Of a stretch of DNA of 64,000 nucleotides, positions 26,673 to 36,330 are shown one piece after another. Source of the DNA: a bacterium (GTDB lineage Bacteria > Patescibacteriota > Patescibacteriia > Patescibacteriales > Patescibacteriaceae); contig JBDRKN010000020.1 of NCBI GenBank assembly GCA_043813955.1, positions 685 to 64,684 of the forward strand. Reading direction: 5' to 3'. The position numbers and the translations under genes were made by a program. The notes under the pieces were generated by a model. It searched no databases, was not told the DNA's origin, and worked only from the letters and a program-made list of their open reading frames with translations. Each line of letters starts with the position of its first letter. The stretch's first letter is position 1.

Positions 26673-28157
26673 TTATACAAGGGTCAGCTGTTCTGGCTTA
26701 TTTTCTCCAGAGATATCAATAATTAAGCTGGCTAGAATCAAATATCCAAGGCCTAATGGATGATTCAAATATGGCGTAAAGATATGAACAACAGCTAATA
26801 CTGCCAAGCCCATAGTCCAAGCTAATACTAACGGCTGTTTTGAGCTGCGCTTTATAAGGCCATCATGGACTAATTTAATAATCAGGGCTAGATAAGCTAA
26901 GAGGCCCCAGAGCCCGAATTTTAACCATATATCAAGCCATCCCCATTCAAAAGCATAAGTAGTATAGCTATGGTCAGCAGTGTTCTGCACAACTCTTGGA
27001 TCACTGGAAATATATGTTACAGTAGCGCCAAAACCCTGGCCAGAAACTGGATTATGCTTAATTGACTTCCATAGCTCTGGCAGCAAAGACCACCGCGAAG
27101 AAGCAGCCGCCTCTGTTGTAAGATTAGCCCTGTCAATCAAGGTAGTGGCAGAAAAATCAGCTACTGGCTCTGGATAAGGAAATTTAATAATCGCTGCAAT
27201 CAAGATCAAGCTCATTAATCCTGACAAAACAATCAAGCCATTAACTGATAAAAACTTTTTTAATTTTAATTTGTAGATGCTGATTGATAATGGCCAAAAA
27301 ATCATTAAGCCGATCAAGCTGCCTGCCCAAAAACTGCGGGATAAGCTGGTAATCACTAATGAAATCAATAATGTTAACCCTATGCTGTATTTAATAATTC
27401 TTTTTTTATCTGATTTTTTCACAGCCATGGCTAGTAATAGAAGGATTCCAAAGACAGCCAAAACTATGAAAATATGAGACTGGAAAAAGATGCGGAAAAA
27501 GCCGCTTTGAGTCATAGTCACCTCTCCTATGCCAGAATTCCTAACCCATCCATACAAGACAGAATTTGCTGAAAATAAATTATGAGAAAAAAAGAATAAT
27601 AATATATATGTCTTGATTGCTATCCAGCTTACGCCAGCCATGACAACCTGCCACAATATTTTTAATTTCTTTTCATTAAATAGCTGGTATATAGGAAAGA
27701 TAATAGCCAAATACAGCCAATTATTGGCATCAAAAAAAATATTGCTATAATTATTTCCACTGGCCAATCCGCCTAGGCCAGCCAGAACAACGCCGACAAA
27801 CAGAGCGAGCCAATAATACTTAAAGCGTGATTTTAAAAACTGCAAACCTTGCCTATAGCGCAATGCCTTTGCAATCCAGACTGACATTATGATTAGCCAC
27901 AAAGCTATTCTTATGGAAACAGCAGCCTGATCTGTTTCCCAATAAAATAGATACCCTTTTGAACCTATAACCAGCTCTGCTAATAAAATATATATGCCAT
28001 ACTTAAGATCTTTCAAGCTTACAAACAAAGTAATAATTACAATTAAAATAAATACTGCCTTATTAACATTTGGCAGAAGATATCCTGACAAAGACAGCAG
28101 CTCTGCAAGGATTATGAACAACAGAGCCCATTTAAATGTTTTAAATTTATTTATCAT
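26673..28157 (-). CDS. O-antigen ligase/polymerase-like (Wzy_C family) polytopic membrane protein
   Basis: About 12 TM helices with a large loop, in an operon with GT and flippase genes. Confidence 0.55.
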   Translation of the reverse strand: MINKFKTFKWALLFIILAELLSLSGYLLPNVNKAVFILIVIITLFVSLKDLKYGIYILLAELVIGSKGYLFYWETDQAAVSIRIALWLIIMSVWIAKALRYRQGLQFLKSRFKYYWLALFVGVVLAGLGGLASGNNYSNIFFDANNWLYLAIIFPIYQLFNEKKLKILWQVVMAGVSWIAIKTYILLFFFSHNLFSANSVLYGWVRNSGIGEVTMTQSGFFRIFFQSHIFIVLAVFGILLLLAMAVKKSDKKRIIKYSIGLTLLISLVITSLSRSFWAGSLIGLMIFWPLSISIYKLKLKKFLSVNGLIVLSGLMSLILIAAIIKFPYPEPVADFSATTLIDRANLTTEAAASSRWSLLPELWKSIKHNPVSGQGFGATVTYISSDPRVVQNTADHSYTTYAFEWGWLDIWLKFGLWGLLAYLALIIKLVHDGLIKRSSKQPLVLAWTMGLAVLAVVHIFTPYLNHPLGLGYLILASLIIDISGENKPEQLTLV

Positions 28158-28564
28158 AATATAATAATTACATTATCTCCAATGCTAAATCCGAATTCTT
28201 CAGCAAGGCCGGCATTAACTTCAAGAACATAATCAACAGGCTGGCCTGGACTATATTTATTTGCTGGTTCAGCTCCTTCTACGGATAAGTCATTATCTAT
28301 TTTAACAATTTTTTCATTATTAATCCAAATAATGTCTAAAGGAAAATTCATATTGCGCATTACAAACTCTGGTTCTGTTTTCTCAGAAAAAACAAAGAGC
28401 ATTCCGCAGGTCTTGCATATTTCTTCGCGATTGCTCAAACCATTATAATGCTGCTCATCTGTATCAGCTATTTCTATTTTAATAATATGGTCATTAATTA
28501 TTACTTGAGGCTGAACCATGGAACAGCCTGATAATAACAAACAGATGATTAACAAAATTTTCAT
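28154..28564 (-). CDS. DUF192 domain lipoprotein
   Basis: Lipobox LLSGCS. The GMLFVF...F.MRNMNFPLDIIWI pattern is typical of DUF192. Confidence 0.7.
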   Translation of the reverse strand: MKILLIICLLLSGCSMVQPQVIINDHIIKIEIADTDEQHYNGLSNREEICKTCGMLFVFSEKTEPEFVMRNMNFPLDIIWINNEKIVKIDNDLSVEGAEPANKYSPGQPVDYVLEVNAGLAEEFGFSIGDNVIIIL

Positions 28565-29241
28565 AAATTATGTTTTTGTTTGATTATATTAACTGACTCT
28601 CTATACTTCTTAACCAAAGGCAGGAATGGAATATTGTAAAATATTTTGGGAATCCAGGAACTGATCATGCCCCCTGCATAAGTTTTAAACAGAATTTTGT
28701 CAATCCAAACTCCAATATAATCATTCTCCAGCATGGTAAGCCATAAATCCCAATCCTGCAGTCTTTTAATATTATTATCAAAGCCAGGGAAATGTTCTTT
28801 TCTGATTAAAGAAGAAGTATGAATATACGGCATCTGCCTTAATTTATCAGGGTTAAAAGGCCAAAGCTTGAACAGCTTAACCCCATACTTAAATGAGCTG
28901 TATGCATAACTAGCCTTAAGATTATTTTTCAAAGCCTGAATCATATCTTCAAGCATATTTGGCTGCATAACTAAGTCAGCATCGCAGAATAATAGAAATT
29001 CTCCTTTAGCATCTTGTGCTCCTCTGTTTCTGGCAGGATTAGAACCCTGGTTAGATTGAGATATGATTTTAAATTTATCAAACATATTTTCATAATTCTT
29101 AATCACTAAATCAACATTATCAGTAGAGCCGTCATTAACTATGATTATTTCATAATCCTTGCATGTCTGAATTAAAATACTGTCCAGACATTTATCCAGC
29201 TTGTCAGCCTGATTATAGATTGGGATAATTATTGAAATCAT
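28561..29241 (-). CDS. Glycosyltransferase family 2
   Basis: ISIIIPIYNQ...IIIVNDGSTD and a DAD motif. Confidence 0.85.
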   Translation of the reverse strand: MISIIIPIYNQADKLDKCLDSILIQTCKDYEIIIVNDGSTDNVDLVIKNYENMFDKFKIISQSNQGSNPARNRGAQDAKGEFLLFCDADLVMQPNMLEDMIQALKNNLKASYAYSSFKYGVKLFKLWPFNPDKLRQMPYIHTSSLIRKEHFPGFDNNIKRLQDWDLWLTMLENDYIGVWIDKILFKTYAGGMISSWIPKIFYNIPFLPLVKKYRESVNIIKQKHNL

Positions 29242-30314
29242 TTTAATATATTATATATTTTTTGAGCCTGTTTTTTCCAGGAAAATTCATTAACAGCCCT
29301 CTGCCTGCCCTGGTCTCCTAATCTTTGCCTTAATCCCTCATACTTGCTTAGCTTAATAACAGCTTTAGCAATATCATTAATATCTTCAGGATTGACCATA
29401 AGGCCGGTCAAGTTATCCACAACTGCGTCAGATACTCCTCCGCTCTTTCCTGCTATTACAGGCTTGCCTGCCAAAGCTGCTTCTAAATAAACAATCCCAA
29501 AACCTTCAATGTCATTACCTATGCTTCTTGCTGGCATAATAAATATATCGCAGGCATTCATCCATGTCCACTTGTCTGCTTCATTCAAACTTTTAAGAAA
29601 TTTGATTTTGTTTTGAATTTCATTTGGCAGCTCTTTGACTTTGTTTTTTAAATATTCTTCATCAGGCCCAGTGCCTGCGATATAATAGACTAAATTAGAA
29701 ACTTCTGCAACAATCTGAGGCATAGCCTCAATCACTTTGTCAAAGCCTTTGCGCTCAATTAATCTGCTAATGCTGAACAATACAATTCTATGCAGATTAT
29801 ATGCGTCTTTAAGCTTGGAGATGGCCTGCTCATTATATATAGGGCGTCCTGCAATTCCAGGATTCACTATTTTAACCTTGCCCAGCTGTTTTTGATCAAT
29901 AATTTCTTTAACTTTTTCCCCAGTATAGCTGTTAGCGCAAATAATTTTATGAGCCTTGTGCAGAATTTTCTTGGCTAGCCATGCTTTTCTAGGATGAGCT
30001 AAAGCGCAGGATAAATCATAGCCATGCAAAAATACTGAATATCTAAATTTTAATAAATAAGATAAGATCCATGTTGCCGTGCCCAAAGGTAAAATATGGC
30101 CTACTAATACATAATTAATCTCTTCTTGCTTAATGGTCTGCCAAAGTTTGCTGATTGCCGGAAGCCACTTTATCAAACCAGGCTTAATTAGCTGTTTTTC
30201 ATTATTATGCAAAACAGTAATATGCTCTGGATAATTCTTAACCATATTACTGTAATAATGGGCAATGCCTCCATGAAAAGGAAAATATTCTAAGGTAAAT
30301 AGCAAAAGCTTCAT
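29238..30314 (-). CDS. Glycosyltransferase family 4 (GT-B, Glycos_transf_1)
   Basis: EGFGIVYLEAALAGKPVIAGKSGG motif. Confidence 0.85.
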   Translation of the reverse strand: MKLLLFTLEYFPFHGGIAHYYSNMVKNYPEHITVLHNNEKQLIKPGLIKWLPAISKLWQTIKQEEINYVLVGHILPLGTATWILSYLLKFRYSVFLHGYDLSCALAHPRKAWLAKKILHKAHKIICANSYTGEKVKEIIDQKQLGKVKIVNPGIAGRPIYNEQAISKLKDAYNLHRIVLFSISRLIERKGFDKVIEAMPQIVAEVSNLVYYIAGTGPDEEYLKNKVKELPNEIQNKIKFLKSLNEADKWTWMNACDIFIMPARSIGNDIEGFGIVYLEAALAGKPVIAGKSGGVSDAVVDNLTGLMVNPEDINDIAKAVIKLSKYEGLRQRLGDQGRQRAVNEFSWKKQAQKIYNILK

Positions 30315-30315
30315 A

Positions 30316-31755
30316 TTATTTGCGTTTAAATGACTGTAAAATACTAATTATATCCTCCTTTTTAAATCCGCCAAGCAAGAATAGCATAACTCCGTAAATC
30401 ACTGCGCCAAAGATAACAGAAATAATCAAATTAAACTCTGTTCTAAAGCTATATACAAAAATGCCCATAAACAAAGAGGCTATTAATGATTTGCCAAAAA
30501 CCTTGGCAATATTCCAAAAACGATAGTTAATAATCTGCGGAACCAGGCGCCAGCCAAGGAATAATAGCAATAGGCTGGATAATGTAAGCGTAATGCTGGC
30601 TCCTATTACTTCTAATCTAGGGATTAAAATCAAATTCAAAGTTACGCTAAATAAAGCTGTAATTGCCATATTAATAGTATTCTTTTTTTGCCTGTCGCAG
30701 GCATTGAGCAATGAGCCGATTGGATATGACAAAAACATTAAAAACAATGACAGCATTACAATCTGCAATGGCAAAACTGCTTCAGCATATCCTTGTTTAA
30801 AAATTAAGATCAATTCATCAGCCAAGCATATAATTCCAACCATAATTGGCATAGCAACGATGATGGAATAATTCATTGCCCGCTCAAAAGTAATTGACAG
30901 CTGTTCTTTGTTTTCCTTCCAATACTTGCTCATAGCCGGATAAAGCGCGGCTACAAAAGCTCCTGGGATAAATTGGAATGCCATGACTATCTTGAATGGA
31001 ATCTGATAAATTCCAACTGCCCTGTCATCTACAAGCTTGAATAGCAAAATAGTATCAGTAAATGTGTAAACTTTCTGAAAAATAGCATAAAGGCCGAATG
31101 GTATGGTAATAGCTATTATAGTTTTAATCATCTGCTTGTCCCATTGAGGCCATATCCTTATCTTATACTTAAAAATATTAACTAAGGCTGAGTAAATAAA
31201 ATTCATTGTGCTTGCAATAACTAATGCAAACATTAACCACTCCATGCCCCAATTATAGTGAAGGACAATTAAGCTGAATATTAATACTGATAGCTGATAA
31301 CCAACAGCGGCAAAGCTTTCAAATTTTAAATTATGAAAACCGCGGGTAGAAGCATAGAACAAGGTAGTAAAAGAATCTAAAACCATGACAATTGATGCAA
31401 TATATACCAAGTTTCTAACAATATCGCTATACCCCCAAACATTTGCAATTATAATCACAGCCAGCCATGAAAAAATAGCCAAAGGAATTTTTAAGGCCAA
31501 AGCATTATTAAGCAGCTTAGCTGCTCTATCTTTAGTCTTGGCAACCTCTCTAGTCAGAACATTAGCAAGCCCTAAGTCAACAAAAATAGAAAAAATAGAA
31601 ACAAAAGAAATGGCAAAATAAAACTTGCCAAGGTCTTCTGGACCCAGCTCTCTGGCATATATGGTGAAATAAGAAAAAGAGATTATCTTTTGAATAATCA
31701 ATGCTAAGGTGAAATAAGATGTATTTTTAGCAATATTAGCTACTTTTCCTGTCAT
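30316..31755 (-). CDS. Wzx-type polysaccharide flippase (MOP superfamily)
   Basis: About 14 TM helices, typical flippase length. Start set at the ATG at 31755 (MTGKVANIAKN...), because the 17 upstream codons of the listed ORF run through a GC-rich repeat region that looks non-coding. Confidence 0.7.
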   Translation of the reverse strand: MTGKVANIAKNTSYFTLALIIQKIISFSYFTIYARELGPEDLGKFYFAISFVSIFSIFVDLGLANVLTREVAKTKDRAAKLLNNALALKIPLAIFSWLAVIIIANVWGYSDIVRNLVYIASIVMVLDSFTTLFYASTRGFHNLKFESFAAVGYQLSVLIFSLIVLHYNWGMEWLMFALVIASTMNFIYSALVNIFKYKIRIWPQWDKQMIKTIIAITIPFGLYAIFQKVYTFTDTILLFKLVDDRAVGIYQIPFKIVMAFQFIPGAFVAALYPAMSKYWKENKEQLSITFERAMNYSIIVAMPIMVGIICLADELILIFKQGYAEAVLPLQIVMLSLFLMFLSYPIGSLLNACDRQKKNTINMAITALFSVTLNLILIPRLEVIGASITLTLSSLLLLFLGWRLVPQIINYRFWNIAKVFGKSLIASLFMGIFVYSFRTEFNLIISVIFGAVIYGVMLFLLGGFKKEDIISILQSFKRK

Positions 31756-31836
31756 AAAGTGGAACCCTTTCGCGCCATCGCTCGCTCGGAAATGTTTCCA
31801 CTGCAATGGAACCGCTTCGCTCGCTCGCTCGGCAAT
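31756..31836 (-). promoter_or_regulatory. GC-rich leader with two direct repeats and alternative hairpins upstream of wzx
   Basis: Plus-strand reading: TGGAACC-N11-TCGCTCGCTCGG (31760-31789) and TGGAACC-N7-TCGCTCGCTCGG (31807-31832). GTTTCCA (31794-31800) between them can pair with TGGAAC of either repeat. Confidence 0.4.
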
Positions 31837-31925
31837 AAAAAATATTTAAAATCTATTTAAAGTATAGCAAAAATCAATAAAAAAACAAGGTTTGTTTAAC
31901 CTTATTTTGCAAATATAAATAAAAA

Positions 31926-32168
31926 TTAAAGTTTACTTATAAATAAATCAACGTCATAACCCAACTCTTCAACTTTTTTTATGTAACTTTTTATTACTTC
32001 TTTGTAAATTTTATGTTGGACTGTTATCTCTAACTTTGTTTTTTGACATTTGACCATTCTATGGCTTCCTTTGCCAGATATTGGCGGTAAAATAGTAAAA
32101 CCAACTTTCTTAAATGCCTTTAATATTTTCTTCTGACTACTATCTGATGGATAATTAACAGGTGGCAT
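31926..32168 (-). CDS. hicA: HicA-family toxin (second copy)
   Basis: KILKAFKKVGFTILPPISGKGSHRMVK matches the HicA signature. It overlaps the upstream partner by 14 nt. Confidence 0.6.
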   Translation of the reverse strand: MPPVNYPSDSSQKKILKAFKKVGFTILPPISGKGSHRMVKCQKTKLEITVQHKIYKEVIKSYIKKVEELGYDVDLFISKL

Positions 32169-32487
32169 ATCTTAATTTGATTTCCTTATTAATAGGAGAT
32201 ATCAATGCCTCTGTATTGCAATAACGCCTAGGCACATGAAAAGAAGTAAAAATAGCATCTTTAATATTATCTTCTAATTCACCTAAATTTTTTCCACTCG
32301 TAATTATATATTTTTTATATGCATTACTTGATTCAGCCACAAAATATTCGCCTGTTTCATCTCTAACAGTACGCACAGTAAAATCTATTCCGCCATTGAC
32401 TTTCAAATACTTAGTCAAACTATTAAATGCCTCAATGCCTTCCTTGCTTGGAAAATAAGATAATATTTTATAGTAAAGATTAAACAT
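32155..32487 (-). CDS. HicB-like antitoxin candidate
   Basis: Position upstream of hicA and a HicB-like pattern (YFVAES...TSGKNLGELEDNIKDAI). Weaker than the first pair. Confidence 0.45.
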   Translation of the reverse strand: MFNLYYKILSYFPSKEGIEAFNSLTKYLKVNGGIDFTVRTVRDETGEYFVAESSNAYKKYIITSGKNLGELEDNIKDAIFTSFHVPRRYCNTEALISPINKEIKLRYATC

Positions 32488-32573
32488 AAAATGTAGGACT
32501 TAATATTTATATTATATCATAAAATACAAAAAACCTCAAAATAGAAACTTTAATAACAACTATATAAATAAAA

Positions 32574-33020
32574 CTAACGCTTGCTCCACTGAGGCGCGCG
32601 CCTGGCTTTCTTTAAACCTGGCTTTTTTCTTTCTTTTCTTCTGGCATCTCTTGTTAAAAGGCCTTTAGCTTTCAAAGATGCGCGCAATTCCTGATTGTAT
32701 TTAATTAAAGTTCTGGCAATACCGTGCCTTACAGCATCTGCCTGCCCTGCCTTGCCTCCGCCTTTGGCAATAATGGAAAAATCCATTTTCTCGCTGCCAG
32801 TAAGCTTAATCGGCTGCATTACAGCAATACGCTGCTCTATAGTAGAAAAATATTTTTCAGCTGGCATATTATTAACAATAAGGTTGCCAGCGCCCTTGAC
32901 ATACAAGCGAACCTGAGCTACAGAAACCTTGCGTCTGCCAATAGCAGAAATATATTTGCCTTTAAACTTAACTGTTGGTTTTTCTGCAGTTTCTTTTTTT
33001 ATTATTTTCTTTTCATCCAT
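32574..33020 (-). CDS. rpsI: 30S ribosomal protein S9
   Basis: AIGRRKVSVAQVRL...GGGKAGQADAVRHGIARTL...RKKPGLKKARRAPQWSKR. Confidence 0.95.
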   Translation of the reverse strand: MDEKKIIKKETAEKPTVKFKGKYISAIGRRKVSVAQVRLYVKGAGNLIVNNMPAEKYFSTIEQRIAVMQPIKLTGSEKMDFSIIAKGGGKAGQADAVRHGIARTLIKYNQELRASLKAKGLLTRDARRKERKKPGLKKARRAPQWSKR

Positions 33021-33021
33021 A

Positions 33022-33378
33022 TTACTTGATAATTAATCTTTTTAACATATCCTTGCGCAAACGATTGTCTGGAAGCATTTTCCTTACAGCTCGCTTAAGA
33101 ATATCGCCAGGATCATTTTTAAAAACATCTGACATCTTAGTTTCTTTTAATCCTCCTGGATAGCCGGAATAATGATAATATTTTTTTTGCTCTAATTTTT
33201 TGCCAGTAAATTTTAATCTATCAACATTAGTTACCTCAACAATATCTCCTATATCCAAATGAGGCTGGAATTCAGGCTTGTCTTTTCCGCGCAAAGCAAT
33301 AGCTATTTTAGTAGACAATCTTCCAACTGTCTGCTCTGCAGCGTCAAAGATTTGAGTTTTCCTTTTTATTTCTTTCAT
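33022..33378 (-). CDS. rplM: 50S ribosomal protein L13
   Basis: TVGRLSTKIAIALRGKDKPEFQPH...YYHYSGYPGGLKE. Confidence 0.95.
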   Translation of the reverse strand: MKEIKRKTQIFDAAEQTVGRLSTKIAIALRGKDKPEFQPHLDIGDIVEVTNVDRLKFTGKKLEQKKYYHYSGYPGGLKETKMSDVFKNDPGDILKRAVRKMLPDNRLRKDMLKRLIIK

Positions 33379-33382
33379 AAGT

Positions 33383-33733
33383 TTAAACTAATTCCAGCTG
33401 GACTATCTCAGCTCCATCGCCCTGTCTTGCGCCTAATTTAACAATTCTAGTATAACCGCCTGGTCTTTCCTTATATTTCTTTCCTAAAACATCCATAGCC
33501 TTTTTAACAGCCATTGGCTGGGGCAAGACAGAGATTAACTTGCGCCGCGCAGTAAGATCGCCTGCCTTTGCAGTAGTAATTAATTTTTCTACCAATGGCT
33601 TAACTGCCTTAGCCTTGGCTTCAGTAGTTTTAACTTTTTCATAAATCAAAACACTGGCAGCCAAATTCCTCAACATCATTTCCCTTGGCTGCTTTTTTCT
33701 TCCTAAAATTTTTCCTTTCTTTCTATGTCGCAT
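33383..33733 (-). CDS. rplQ: 50S ribosomal protein L17
   Basis: The conserved N-terminus MRHRKKGKILGR begins at the ATG at 33733; the listed ORF extends 5 codons further upstream. Confidence 0.9.
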   Translation of the reverse strand: MRHRKKGKILGRKKQPREMMLRNLAASVLIYEKVKTTEAKAKAVKPLVEKLITTAKAGDLTARRKLISVLPQPMAVKKAMDVLGKKYKERPGGYTRIVKLGARQGDGAEIVQLELV

Positions 33734-34565
33734 AGTTATTAATTGCATTTATAACATCATCCTTGGTTTTCATCTTTTCTGGCTCTTCAATTCCTTTTTC
33801 CTTGGCTAATTCATTTAATTTAGCTCTGGTTAATTTTGATAAATCTAATTCTTCTTTAATCTCTTCCTCTTCAGGCTCTTCTTTTTTTAATAAAGCATTG
33901 AACTGGTCAATCAGAACATTAACAGCTTGCTCAAAAGCCTGTTCTGGATTAATAATTCCGTCAGTAGTAATATCTAAGGAAAGCTTATCCCAGTTTGTCA
34001 TCTTTCCAACACGGGTATTTTCTACATCAATGCCGGCTGCCAAGACAGGAGAAAAAATAGAATCAATTTCAATATAGCCGATCTCCTTATTCCTATCCTC
34101 GCGGTTTTCAATTGTTTCATAACCCATGCCTCGTGAAACAAAGATTTCCATTTCCAAAGTTCCTGCCGGATCAGTAATATGCGCTAAAAGCAAATCCTTA
34201 TTAATAATCTCAACATCGCTATTGGCTTTAATGTCGCTGGCTTTGACTTCTTTTTCACCGCGGGCTTCAAGCTCTAATCTGACTATTTCATCTGTATGAA
34301 TTTTCAAAGTTAATTGTTTTAAATTAAGAGCAATATCTAAAACATCTTCCTTAATATTAGGCAAAGCCATAAACTCATGTTCAGCGCCCTTGATCTTAAC
34401 GCCAACCACGGCTGTGCCTGGCAAGGAAGACAGCAAGACCCTTCTTAAAGAATTACCTAAAGTAGTTCCATAGCCAGGATATAGAGGTTCAATAATGACA
34501 AATTTTTGATTTGGCTTATCGCCTTGGATAAAAGTTATATTTTTGGGTAAAGCTATTTTTTGCAT
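33723..34565 (-). CDS. rpoA: DNA-directed RNA polymerase subunit alpha, with short atypical C-terminal region
   Basis: Alpha NTD motifs (GYGTTLGNSLRRVLLSSLPG, SPV..V...VE..RVG). Start set at the ATG at 34565 (MQKIALPKN). About 280 aa. Confidence 0.9.
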   Translation of the reverse strand: MQKIALPKNITFIQGDKPNQKFVIIEPLYPGYGTTLGNSLRRVLLSSLPGTAVVGVKIKGAEHEFMALPNIKEDVLDIALNLKQLTLKIHTDEIVRLELEARGEKEVKASDIKANSDVEIINKDLLLAHITDPAGTLEMEIFVSRGMGYETIENREDRNKEIGYIEIDSIFSPVLAAGIDVENTRVGKMTNWDKLSLDITTDGIINPEQAFEQAVNVLIDQFNALLKKEEPEEEEIKEELDLSKLTRAKLNELAKEKGIEEPEKMKTKDDVINAINNYAT

Positions 34566-34619
34566 ATGTCTTTTTTTATCCCTCCCGGGACCATGCTCGC
34601 AGAGCATGATTTTTAAAAA

Positions 34620-35243
34620 TTATCGTGAATAAAACTCAACAATGGCCTGGCTGTTAATTGACTGGTCAACTTCTCCTTTGCTTGGCTCATGCAATACCTT
34701 TGCCTGCAATTCAGTCCAATCCCAGTTAAGCCATCCTGGCAAATTTGCCTTCTTGGCTTTTCCCAAGGATTGATTAAAGAGTTTGTTATTTTCCTTGCTT
34801 TTTTTAATTTTAATAATATCATTGCTCTTTACCTGGAATGACGGCACATTAACCAGCTTGTCATTGACTAAAAAATTGCTATGGCTAACCATTTGTCTTG
34901 CCTGGGAGCGCGATACTGCCAGACCTAAGCGATAGATAACATTATCTAATCTAGTTTCCAGCATTTTCAAAAAATTTTCGCCAGCATTGCCTTTGCGCTT
35001 AGCTTTCTCAAACAAAATCCTGAACTGCTTTTCTCTCATGCCATATGAATGCTTGGCCTTTTGTTTTTCAGCTAATTGCACGCCATATTGGCTTTGCTTG
35101 GCACGGCGCTTAGCGCCATGAATACCTGGTATATAATTGCGCGAAACCATAGCGCACTTTGGCGAACTACAACGATCGCCCTTGAGCATTAATTTGCTTC
35201 CAGCGCGCCTACATTTTCTGCATTGTGCGTCTAATTTAGACAT
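34620..35243 (-). CDS. rpsD: 30S ribosomal protein S4
   Basis: N-terminal Cys cluster (CRKCRR...C.SPKC), YGVQLAEKQK, and an S4 RNA-binding domain (RLDNVIYRLGLA.SR.QARQ.V.H). Confidence 0.95.
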   Translation of the reverse strand: MSKLDAQCRKCRRAGSKLMLKGDRCSSPKCAMVSRNYIPGIHGAKRRAKQSQYGVQLAEKQKAKHSYGMREKQFRILFEKAKRKGNAGENFLKMLETRLDNVIYRLGLAVSRSQARQMVSHSNFLVNDKLVNVPSFQVKSNDIIKIKKSKENNKLFNQSLGKAKKANLPGWLNWDWTELQAKVLHEPSKGEVDQSINSQAIVEFYSR

Positions 35244-35245
35244 AA

Positions 35246-35779
35246 TTATACTCTTCTAGGTTTTTTAGAACGGCAGCCATTATGTGGCATTGGGGTAACG
35301 TCCTTGATATAGGTGACGTTCAGGCCGTTGGCATTTAAAGCCCTGATGGCTGATTCGCGGCCAGTACCTACGCCTTTAACAAAAACACTAACCTCTGACA
35401 AACCATATTCTTTAGCCTTGGCTACTGCAATTCTTGTAATTATCTGGGCAGCATAAGGGGTTGATTTCTTAGGGCCTCTAAATCCAGCCATGCCGGCTGA
35501 AGCCCATGAAAGGACATTGCCTTCTATATCAGTTAAAGTAACAATGGTATTGTTGTATGAGGAGCTAATAAAAGCCTTGCCTATGGACACTCTTTTAATG
35601 CCTTTTTTCTTTTTCTTGCCCTTGGTTTTCTTAGCTTTTTTCTGTCCGGTTTTCTCTAATTTCTTTTTAACATCTTCAGGCAAATCTTCTAAACCAGTGA
35701 TTTCTACAGGGTCTTTAATCTCAGCTACTGGCTCAGCAACTTCTTCTTTATTTTCCTCTTGTTTCTTCTCTTTAGTCAT
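35246..35779 (-). CDS. rpsK: 30S ribosomal protein S11 with ~58-aa Lys/Glu-rich N-terminal extension
   Basis: S11 core ([13 protein letters not shown]...[17 protein letters not shown]...[17 protein letters not shown]). The ATG at 35779 is the only ATG that does not overlap rpsM extensively. Confidence 0.85.
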   Translation of the reverse strand: MTKEKKQEENKEEVAEPVAEIKDPVEITGLEDLPEDVKKKLEKTGQKKAKKTKGKKKKKGIKRVSIGKAFISSSYNNTIVTLTDIEGNVLSWASAGMAGFRGPKKSTPYAAQIITRIAVAKAKEYGLSEVSVFVKGVGTGRESAIRALNANGLNVTYIKDVTPMPHNGCRSKKPRRV

Positions 35780-35783
35780 AAAT

Positions 35784-36176
35784 TTATGTTTTCTGGGCCG
35801 CGGTCTTTCTGCCTGAACCCATAGTGCGCCGGACATTGCCTCTTACAGTGCGGGTATTAGTCTTGGTGCGCTGTCCTCTGGATGGCAAGCCCTTGCTATG
35901 CCTGCTGCCGCGATAGCTGCCGATTTCCTTTAAGCGCTTGATATTAGCCGAGATGTCCCGGCGCAAATCGCCTTCTACCCTAAACTCTTTCTCAATCTTA
36001 ACCCTTAATTTATTAACCTGGTCTTCTTTTAAATCCTTGGTTCTAATGTCAGGATTAATTTTTAATTCAGACAAAATCTTAGCAGACCTTGATCTGCTAA
36101 TGCCAAAAATGTATGTTAAAGCGATTTCTATTCTTTTGTCATTTGGAATAATTACTCCAGAAATACGTACTGCCAT
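35784..36176 (-). CDS. rpsM: 30S ribosomal protein S13
   Basis: [26 protein letters not shown]...[21 protein letters not shown]. Confidence 0.95.
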   Translation of the reverse strand: MAVRISGVIIPNDKRIEIALTYIFGISRSRSAKILSELKINPDIRTKDLKEDQVNKLRVKIEKEFRVEGDLRRDISANIKRLKEIGSYRGSRHSKGLPSRGQRTKTNTRTVRGNVRRTMGSGRKTAAQKT

Positions 36177-36181
36177 AATAT

Positions 36182-36295
36182 TTAACCCTGTCGTTGTTTA
36201 TGCTTAGGATTTTTGCAAATAACGCAAACTCGGCCTTTCCTGCGAATGACCTGGCAATCCTTGCACATCTTTTTAACAGAAGATCTAACTTTCAT
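36182..36295 (-). CDS. rpmJ: 50S ribosomal protein L36 (37 aa, below ORF-track cut-off)
   Basis: My translation: [37 protein letters not shown]. It lies between infA and rpsM, as in most bacteria. Confidence 0.9.
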   Translation of the reverse strand: MKVRSSVKKMCKDCQVIRRKGRVCVICKNPKHKQRQG

Positions 36296-36330
36296 AACTG
36301 CGAATTATTAAATAAAGTTGAAATGGATTC

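Noticed and set aside
31756-31806. 17-codon N-terminal extension of the wzx ORF (MQWKHFRASDGAKGFHF)
   Set aside because: It runs through the GC-rich direct repeats. The downstream ATG at 31755 gives a normal flippase N-terminus. The same logic was used to trim rpoA, rpsK, rplQ, typA, rubrerythrin, the YgjP-like gene, 39729..41744 and 62433..62762.
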